From Chrysemys picta bellii (lineage: Eukaryota), in assembly GCF_011386835.1 (NCBI RefSeq), contig NC_088803.1, forward strand, positions 5,828,001-5,892,000: a stretch of 64,000 nt of DNA, written 5' to 3'. Below are positions 48,101 through 57,249 of the stretch, one piece after another; position 1 is the stretch's first letter; each line of letters starts with the position of its first letter. The position numbers were made by a program, and so were the translations under genes. Under the pieces are notes generated by a model. It was not told the DNA's origin. It searched no databases and worked only from the letters and a program-made list of their open reading frames with translations.

Positions 48101-51100
48101 TTTGGAAAGCCCCTGCCTGGTCCCCCAGCCCCAGGTATTGGGGACCCCCAGACTGTTCTGACCCCCAACCCCCCAATCCCATTTCCAGGGCTCCTGGCCC
48201 TTTAAAACCCCAGAGGATTCTGGGACATTCCATTCGGTTGCCAGGAGAGGGCGACAGTTGCCCCAGAGCATTATGGGTCCCTGTTTGGGCCGGGCCAGGG
48301 GGGAGCAGAGGTGGGGGAGGGGAGGCGGGCTCACAAGGGGGCGGGGCACGGGCCGTGGGGAGGGGAGGGGAGGGGGGTCACAGGGGATGTAGGGGCCTGA
48401 GAGGGAATTTGGGGGTACAGGGGATGTATTGGGGTGTGGGGGTCTGTGGGAATATGGGGGTGCAGGGTGGGGGTGTGGGGAGGAGTGGGGATTTGGGGGG
48501 CAGGATGGGGGCTCTGGGGGGGAGGGTGGGGGTGTGGGGGGCTCTGGGGATTTGGGGGCAGGATGGGGGCTTTGGGGGGCAGGGTGGGGGCAGTGGGGGG
48601 CTGTGAGGATTGGGGTGCAAGAAGGGGAGTTGTGGGGATCTGGGGCACAGGGTGGGGGCATGGGGAGGTCTGTGGGGATTTGGGGGGCAAGATGGGGGCT
48701 CTGGGGATGCAGGGTGGGGGTGTGGGGATTTGGGGGTGCAGGGTGGGGGCAGTGGGGACTGTGAGGATGGGGGTGCAGGAATGGGGGGCTGTGAGGATCT
48801 GGGGTGCAGGATAGGGGTGAGGGGGCTGTGAGGATTTGGGGGCAGGGTGGGGGCTCTGGGGGTGCAGGGTGTGGGTGTGGGGAGGAGTGGGGATTTGGGG
48901 GTGCAGGGTGGGGGTGTGGGGAGGTATGAGATTGGGGTGCAGGACTGGGGGAGCTATGGGGATCTGGGGCGCAGGGTGGGGGCATGGGGAGGTCTGTGGG
49001 GATTTGGGGGGCCCCGCCCGTCTCTCTCACCCCCTTCTCTCTCCCCCAGCCTGTCCATGGTGCCGTCGGAGCCCCCAGTCGTCCGCCCGGCCCTGCCCCC
49101 CAAGCCGCGCCTGCCCTGGCGCTGTGCCGCCTGCCGTGCCCCCAACGAGGCACGGGCCGTGCTGTGCGTGGGGTGTGACCGGCCCCGGGGCTGCCCCACG
49201 CCCCCCAACCCCCCACCTGATGGGGACCCCCTCCGGGGGGGCTGGGCCTGCCAGACTTGCACCTTCCTTAACCCTGGCCCCACCGTGCTGTGCGCCGTGT
49301 GTGAGCGCCCCCGGCTGGCCGGCCGGCCCGGCGCCTCTGACCCCCAGCATCCCCCGGATGGCCCCCCCATGCCCATGCAGGTAAGGGGGCGGCGCCCCTC
49401 ACTCCTGACCCGCTTCCCTGCTGGGCCCGGCCTCCCCCCCGGTGCCCCTCACTCCCGACCTCCGTTAACCCCTCGCTCCCCGCAGGCCAAGGGGGCCCCA
49501 GGCTGGAAGTGTGAACACTGCACCTTCTGGAACCAGCTGCCTGGGCGTGTGTGTGAGGTTTGCAACAGGACCAGCCAGCTTGGGGGCCCCCCCCAGGAAG
49601 AGAAGGGACCCCGGCGTCCGGGCAAGCCCCACCCCCTCTCACCAGAGGAGGTGGAGCGTCGGCGGCAGGAGAAGCTGCGAGAGGACGGGATGAAGCTGGT
49701 GGCCATGATCCGGGTGAGAGGCTCCTCCCCCTTTCCCGAGGCCCCTCCCCCTGCCCTTGAAAAACATCTGTAGACCCTACCTGCTCCCTGAATCCCCTTG
49801 AAGCTCCTCCCCCTCCTGTACCCGTCTCCCATGCAGGCCCCGCCCCTCTTCTGCACAGGCCAACCAGACTCTTTACTTTCCATCACTGGGGCGGAGCCAG
49901 CAGGATAACTCCTAACACTGCCCTCTTCCAGACGAGGAGGCGGAGCTCTTTCTAACCCCACCCTCCCCAGGAGGTGGGGCTCTCTCTAACCCTGCCCTCT
50001 CCCAGAAGAGGAGGTGGGGCTCCCTTTAACCCCGCCCTCTCCCTGAAGAGGAGGCGGAACTCTCTCTAACCCTAGCCTCTCCCCAGGAGGCGGAGCTGGC
50101 AGGCGTGCCCCCAGAGGAAGTGGGGGCGGCGCTGCGGTACTCAGGAACAGAGCTGCCCCTGCCCTGGCTACGCTCGGAGCTGCCCGCGGTGCTGGACGCG
50201 GTGGTGGAACAGGCCACGGAGCAGGGGGCAGGCGCCGAGCTGGGCGCCATCACCCAGCAGGAGGCTCGCGCCGCCTGGACCCAGAGCCAGGGCGACGTGG
50301 ACGAGGCCGTGAGCCGCTGCCTGAGCGCCCGGCGCAGCAAGGTGGGGGCAGGGCCAAGGGGCGGGAATTGTGGGGGGAGGGGCTTGGATGGGAGTGGAGG
50401 GGCAGAGCTTGTGGGGCAGGGTGGGGCCTGGGGAGGGGTGGGGTGGGGAGGGGCTTGGATGGGAGGGGAGAGGCCGGGCTTGTGGGGCAGGGAAGGGCCT
50501 GGGGAGGGGCAGGACCTGAGGAGGTGAAGGGTGGGGACTAGGAGGGGTAAAGGGTTCTGAGGCAGGGGAAGGGGAGGGCTTGAGGGGTGGGGCCTGGGAG
50601 CTGTGCGGCTTGTGGGGAGGGGCGGGGCTTATGGAGAGGGGTAGGGCCTGGAAGGGGCTTATGGAGGAGAGGAGGGGCTCATTGGGAGGGACAGGTCCTG
50701 GGAGGGGCATGGCTTGTGGGGAGGGGCAGGGCCTGGGAGGGGCGGGGATGGTTGGGCAGGGTCCCATCTCTCCCCCCTGCAGGTGCGGGAGCTGGCGGCG
50801 CTGGGGTTCGGGGAGCGGGGGCCAGTGCTGCAGGCGCTCTACCAGAACGGGGGCGACCTGTGGGGGGCCCTGACGGAGCTGCAGCGCCTCCAGCTGGAGC
50901 CATTCCACCGGCGCATGTGGGAGCCGGCCGAGCCCGAGATCGACTTCCATGCGCCCGACCGGCAGGTCAGAGCCGGGGGTGGGGAGATCGGGGGGGGGGG
51001 GGATCTGGGGAAAGTCTGGGGGTGGGAGCAAGGGGGGAACCAGGGGGCATGGGGGGCCATGGGGGATGCAGGTGGGGGGGAACCAGGGGGCATGGGGGGC

Positions 51101-54100
51101 CCATGGGAGATGCGGGGGGGGATGCAGGCAGGGGGGAACCAAGGGGCCATGGGGGCTGCGGGCGGGGAGAACTGTGGGGTGTGGGGGGACCCAGGGGTGC
51201 TGACACCCTCTCCCCTCAGGCACTGCTGCGGCGGCTGCTGGCCTCGCTGGCGCTGCCCAGCTGGGGGCGGGCGGAACTGGTTCTGTCGCTGGTGCGGGAG
51301 CAGGAGGTGGTGGAGAACCGGGGGAGGCCGGCGGCCTTGGCCGACATCGTAGACGCCGTGCGGGCCTCCCCCGACCGCGACTTCATCAAACGCCTGCTCA
51401 ACTGGGAGTGCGCTGTGTGCGGCTGGGCGTTTCCCCGCAACCAGGTACCCCCGCCGGGCACTGCACCCCCCTGCCGGCCGGGCACGATCTCCCCGCCGGG
51501 CACTGCCACCCCCTGCCGGCCGGGCACGACCCCCCACCCCACTCCCGCCGGGCACTGCCAACCCTGCTGGCCAGGCACGATCCCCCCACCGGGCACTGCA
51601 CCCCCCTGCCGGCCGGGCACGATCCCCCCGCCGGGCACTGCCACCCCCTGCCGGCCGGGCACAACCCCCACCCCACCCCCGCCGGGCACTGTACCCCCCT
51701 GCTGGCTGGGAATGATCCCCCCGCCGGGCACGGCCAACCCTACTGGCCAGGCACGATCCCCCCGCCGGGCACGGCCAACCCTACTGGCCAGGCACGATCC
51801 CCCCGCCGGGCACTGCACCCCCCTGCCGGCTGGGCACGATCCCCCCGCTGGGTACGGCCACCCCCTGCTGGGCAGAAGCGACACCCCACCCCACCCTACC
51901 CCCGCCGGGCACTGCACCCCCCTGCTGGCCGGGCACAATCCCCCCACCGGACACTGCCAACCCTGCCGGCCGGGCACGATCCCCCCGCCGGGCACTGCCA
52001 CCCCCTGCTGGCCAGAAACGACACCCCACCCTACCCCCGCCGGGCACTGCCAACCCTGCCGGCCAGGCACGACCCCCCCCCGCCGGGCACTGCCACCCCC
52101 TGCTGGCCAGAAACGACACCCCACCGCACTCTACCCCCGCCGGGCACTGCACCCCCCTGTGCTGGCTGGGCCTGTCTCCGGTCCCACACCTGCGGCGTTC
52201 CCGCCGCCGAATTGCCGCCAAAAGCCCCCTGACTGCCGTGCTTGGGGCAGCAAAATACATAGAGCCGCCCCTGGCGGGACCCCCAGCCAGGCTTGTCCCA
52301 TCCTTCCTCCGCCAACCAGTCGCATCCCCCTCCCCTCCGCCGGCCGGGAGCGTCCCCCTTTCATGAGCCTGGTGGGTCCCCCCAAGATACGTCCACCCAG
52401 CAGACATCCCTCCCTCTGTGTCCCTCCCGTGTGTCCCCCCGAGATGCGTCTTCCCCGACAGGCCAATTCCCGGCCCCGTCTGAGCCGCGTCCCCCCCAGA
52501 CACATCCCCCCCACAGCTGGCCAATTCCCGGCCCCGTCTGAGCCGCGTCCCCCCCAGACACATCCCCCCCAACAGCTGGCCAATTCCCAGCCCCGTCTGA
52601 GCCGCGTCCTCCCCAGACACATCCCCCCCGCAGCTGGCCAATTCCCGGCCCCGTCTGAGCCGCGTCCCCCCCCCAGACACATCCCCCCAACAGCTGGCCA
52701 ATTCCCAGCCCCGTCTGAGCCGCGTCCCCCCCAGACACATCCCCCCCGCAGCTGGCCAATTCCCAGCCCCGTCTGAGCCGCGTCCTCCCCAGACACATCC
52801 CCCCAACAGCTGGCCAATTCCCGGCCCCGTCTGAGCCGCGTCCCCCCCAGACACATCCCCCCCACAGCTGGCCAATTCCCGGCCCCGTCTGAGCCGCGTC
52901 CCCCCCCAGACACATCCCCCCCAACAGCTGGCCAATTCCCGGCCCCGTCTGAGCCGCGTCCTCCCCAGATGCAGTCGCTGACGTCCTGCGAATGCACCAT
53001 CTGTCCCGATTGCTTCGCCCAGCACTTCACCATCGCTGTGAAGGAGAAACACATCACGGACCTGGTGTGTCCGGCCTGCGACGCGCCCGACCTGAGCGAC
53101 GAGGCCGAACTGCTGGGCTACTTCTCCACGCTGGACATCCAGGTACGGGGCCCAAGAGCCCCCGCAATCTCCTGGGGACCCCCAAACCTCCCAGGGGCCC
53201 CTATACCCTCTCTGAGTCCCCCCAATCCCCTGAGGCCTCCCCGAACCTCCCTGAAATTCCCCCAAGCCCCCAACCCAACCTACTTCTCCATGCTGGACAT
53301 CCAGCTCCCCGGAGCCCCCCAAACCCCTGAACTCCCCTGAGCACTCCAAATGCCCAACCCCCCCAAATCCAGTGGACATGCAGGTTCTGGGAGACCCCAA
53401 AGCCCACTCCCACCCCCAGTTCCCCTGAACCCCCACAGCTGTGGCCCTCATGCCCAGGTATTGGGGTGACCCTGCGCCCCATCCCCACACACTCCCAGGG
53501 GTGAGCACCCCATCCCATGCCTGGGAGCCCCCTGCACCCAGCCTCAGGGGTGGGGCACCCCAAAAAGGCAGGGGAGCTCCAGAAGCCCCTGCTCACCCCT
53601 CCCCTTCCTCCCCCAGCTCCGCGAGTGCCTGGACCCCGAGATCTACGAACTGTTCAGCAAGAAGCTGACGGAGCGTGAGCTCATGCGGGACCCCAAGTTC
53701 CAGTGGTGCACCCACGTGAGTGGGTGGGGCCCCAGGGCCAGGGGCGGGGCCAAGCCAGAATGCTGGGGGGGGTCAGAGTGCCAGGGCGGGGCCAGAATGC
53801 TGGGGGCGGGGTCTCAGTGCCAGGATGGGGCCAGAACTCAGGGGGCGGGGCCAGTGGACAAGGGTTGGGGCTGGGGGCGGGGCCAGAATCCCAGGGGACG
53901 GGGTGGGGCGCACAGGGCAGGGGGGTTTGGTGGGGGGGAAGAGGAGGTGTGTGACAGGGGAGGGGTCATTGGCGGGGGCCTGTGGGGGTCTCTTGGGGGG
54001 CATCTGAGGGGGGAGTCTCTGGGGGGAGACTGTGGTGGTTTCTCGGGGGGGCTGTGGGGGTCTCTCGGAGGGCCTCCCTCTCTCTCTCACCCCCCCTTTC

Positions 54101-57100
54101 CCTCTCCAGTGCTCGTTCGGGTTCATCTACGAGTCGGAGCAGGCGGCCGCCCAGTGTCCCCAGTGCAACCAGAGCTTCTGCGTCCACTGCAAGCGTGCGG
54201 TGAGGGGAGGCTGGGGGGGCTGGAGGGGAGGGGGCGGGGCCTTGAGAAGTGGGGGACAAGGACAAGAGGCAGAAGCTCCAGTGTCGGGTAGTTCCGCAGG
54301 CTCTGGCGGGGTCCGGCTAGGCAGAGTGTGTGTGGGGGCTGGGCATGGAGGACCGGGGGGGCTGTGTGGGTGGCGGGGGGGGATGAGGCCATGCTGACCC
54401 CCACATCTCCCCCCGCAGTGGGAGCCGCAGCACCAGGGCCTGTCTTGCCAGGAGTTCCAGGAGTGGAAGAGAACCAACGACCCCCAGTACCAGGCACAGG
54501 GGCTGGCGGTGTACCTGCAGGAGAATGGAATCGGTGAGCTCCCCCTGCTCCCCCCCACAGCCCCCCATCCCCCCAACCCACCCCCCAGTACCACGCACAG
54601 AGGCTGGCGGTGTACCTGCAGGAGAATGGAATCGGTGAGCTCCCCCTGCTCCCCCCCACAGCCTCCCATCCCCCCAACCCACCCCCCAGTACCACGCACA
54701 GGGGTTGGCAGTGTACCTGCAGGAGAATGGAAACGGTGAGCCCCCCCTGTTCCGCCCCACAGCCCCCCATTCCCACAGCCCCCCAGTACCACGCGCAGGG
54801 GCTGGCACTGTACCTGCAGGAGAACGGAATCGGTGAGCCACCCCTATTCCCCCCCACAGCCCCCCAACCCGCCCCCCAGTACCAGGCGCAGGGGCTGGCA
54901 GTGTACCTGCAGGAGAATGGAATCGGTGAGCCCCCCCTGTTCCCCCCCACAGCCCCCCATCCCCACAACCTGCCCCCCAGTACCAGGCGCAGGGGCTGGC
55001 GGTGTACCTGCAGGAGAATGGAAACGGTGAGCCCCCCCTCTTCCGCCCCACAGCCCCCCAGTACCACGCGCAGGGGCTGGCACTGTACCTGCAGGAGAAC
55101 GGAATCGGTGAGCCACCCCTATTCCCCCCCACAGCCCCCCAACCCGCCCCCCAGTACCAGGCGCAGGGGCTGGCGCTGTACCTGCAGGGGAATGTAATCG
55201 GTGAGCCCCACCGTTCCCCCCTACAGCCCCCCATCCCCCCCAACCCGACCCTCAGTACCAGGTGCAGGGGCTGGCGCTGTACTTGCAGGAGAACGGGATC
55301 GGTGAGCCCCCCCGTCGCTCCGCACACACTCCAAGCCCCCCTACTCCTTGGCCCCCTCTCCCAGTGTCCCCCCCCCAGGGGCTGCTGGGTTGTGGGGTGG
55401 CTCCTGCCCCCCTGTTGACTCCCCCCCACCTCTCTCTCACCAGCCTGCCCCAAGTGCAAGTTCCCATACGCGCTGGCCCGGGGAGGCTGCATGCACTTCC
55501 AGTGCTCCCAGTGCCGGCACCACTTCTGCAGCGGCTGCTACGGGGCCTTCCACACCAAGAACGTAAGGGGGCCGGGGGGGCTGTGTTGTGGGATTGTTGC
55601 GGGGGGGGGGTGGGTTTGTTGTGGGATTGTTGGGTGTTGTATTGTGGGGTTATCAGGTGGTGTGTTCTGTTGGGTGTGGTGTTGGGGGGGGACAGGGGTT
55701 GTGGTGTGGGGTTGTCAGCGCGGCTGTTGTGGGGCTCTCAGGGGTTGTGGGGGGACACAGAGGTTGTGTTGTAGGGTTGTTGGGTGGGTTGCTGTGGGGG
55801 TGTTGGGTTTGTTGGTAGGTGTTGGATAGGGAATGGGGTAGTATTGTAGGGTTGTTAGGGGTGTTGGCTTGGTTGCTGGGTGTTGGGTGGGGTTGGGAGT
55901 TGTGGTGTGGTGCAGGGTTGTCGGGTGTGGGTTTTGGGTTGGTTGCTGGGTGTGGGATTGTCAGGGGTTGTGGGGGGGGGAAGGAGCTTTTGTTGTAGGA
56001 TTGTTAGGTGGGGTGGTTGTCAGGGTGTTGGGTTAGTTGTTGGGTGTGGGGGTGTCGGAGGTTGTGCAAGAGTTGGGGTTTGTGTTGTAGATTGTTGGGT
56101 TTATTGTAGGTATTGGGTGGGGAATGGGGGTAGGGTTGTTAGGGGGTGTTGGGTTGGTTGCTGGGTGTTGGGTGGGGATGGGGGTTGTGGTGTGGGGTTG
56201 TCGGTTGTGGGTATTGGGTTGGCTGTTGGGTGTGGGGGTGTCGGAGGTTGTGCAGGAGTTGGGGTTTGTGTTGTAGATTGTTGGGTTTTATTGTAGGTAT
56301 TGGGTGGGGAATGGGGGTAGGGTTGTTAGGGGGTGTTGGGTTGGTTGCTGGTGTTGGGTGGGGATTGGGGATGTGGTGTGGTGGGGGGTTGTCGGATGTG
56401 GGTGTTGGGTTGGGTGTGGCGCTGTCGGGGATTGTGGTGTTGTGGCGGGTTGGGTTGGGCTGTCAGAGGGTTGGGGTGTAGAGAAAATCTCTGTATTTAT
56501 CTCTATAAATCTTTATGACATTGCATCTTGCATGATGTTATTTTGTATTTCATATGACTTGGCCTTGTGCCTCTCTATTTTCATACAACTTTGGATTAGA
56601 TCCTGTATAGAAAATTGGTAGAAAACTTTGTATCAAATGTTCTAGCCCCAAAGGCTAGTCTAGTTAAAGTAAAAGAAACGTGGGCCTTTTTGCTAGAAGT
56701 AGAATAAGCTCTTCCCCCACTCGGTAATCAATTGCCCCATTGACTGAATGAGGTGTGAATGAGTGAGGCTTGGAAGACCCCCACCTCCGGACACCTACAA
56801 CAGTTGGAGAGGGCTGGGAGCCAGAGCAAAGGACAATCCAAGTCCTCAGGTGGGCCCAGTAAAGAAGAGCGGACATATTGACGGCCTCCGGGATTACAAG
56901 CGAGCACCTGCTTCAGAAAACCCCTCTTGGAGCAGCACTGGGACAACACCTAGAGAAGAGCAGCACAAAGACCGGCGGACGCAGACCGGCGGACGCAGAC
57001 ACAGATTTTGAATCTGGTCTAGATTTGCATAAGAGGAAAGCTGCTATAAAAGTGAGGTGTCTTGCAGAGGACCCCGGGTCTCGTCTTGTCACCATCGGAG

Positions 57101-57210
57101 CATCAATCCGGATCGGGAGAAGCCCGGCTCCACCCCCTCCCCCATCTAACTCACCTGGCCAGTGCAGTTAATGGAGCAACTCGTTGGTAACAACAGCAAG
57201 ACGGAGAGAG

Positions 57211-57249
<39 letters not shown>

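Noticed and set aside
49381-49485. Stop-free 105-nt in-frame intron between the NZF1 and NZF2 exons
   Set aside because: Thirty-five stop-free codons are unremarkable at this GC content, the splice sites are strong and there is no evidence of retention.
50587-53508. 729-aa and 575-aa ORFs
   Set aside because: They are off-frame through RNF31 exons and the intron 11 VNTRs.
54481-55310. CRISPR-like repeat-spacer appearance
   Set aside because: Eukaryotic intron. The repeat is exon-derived, the spacers are similar to each other and there are no cas genes.
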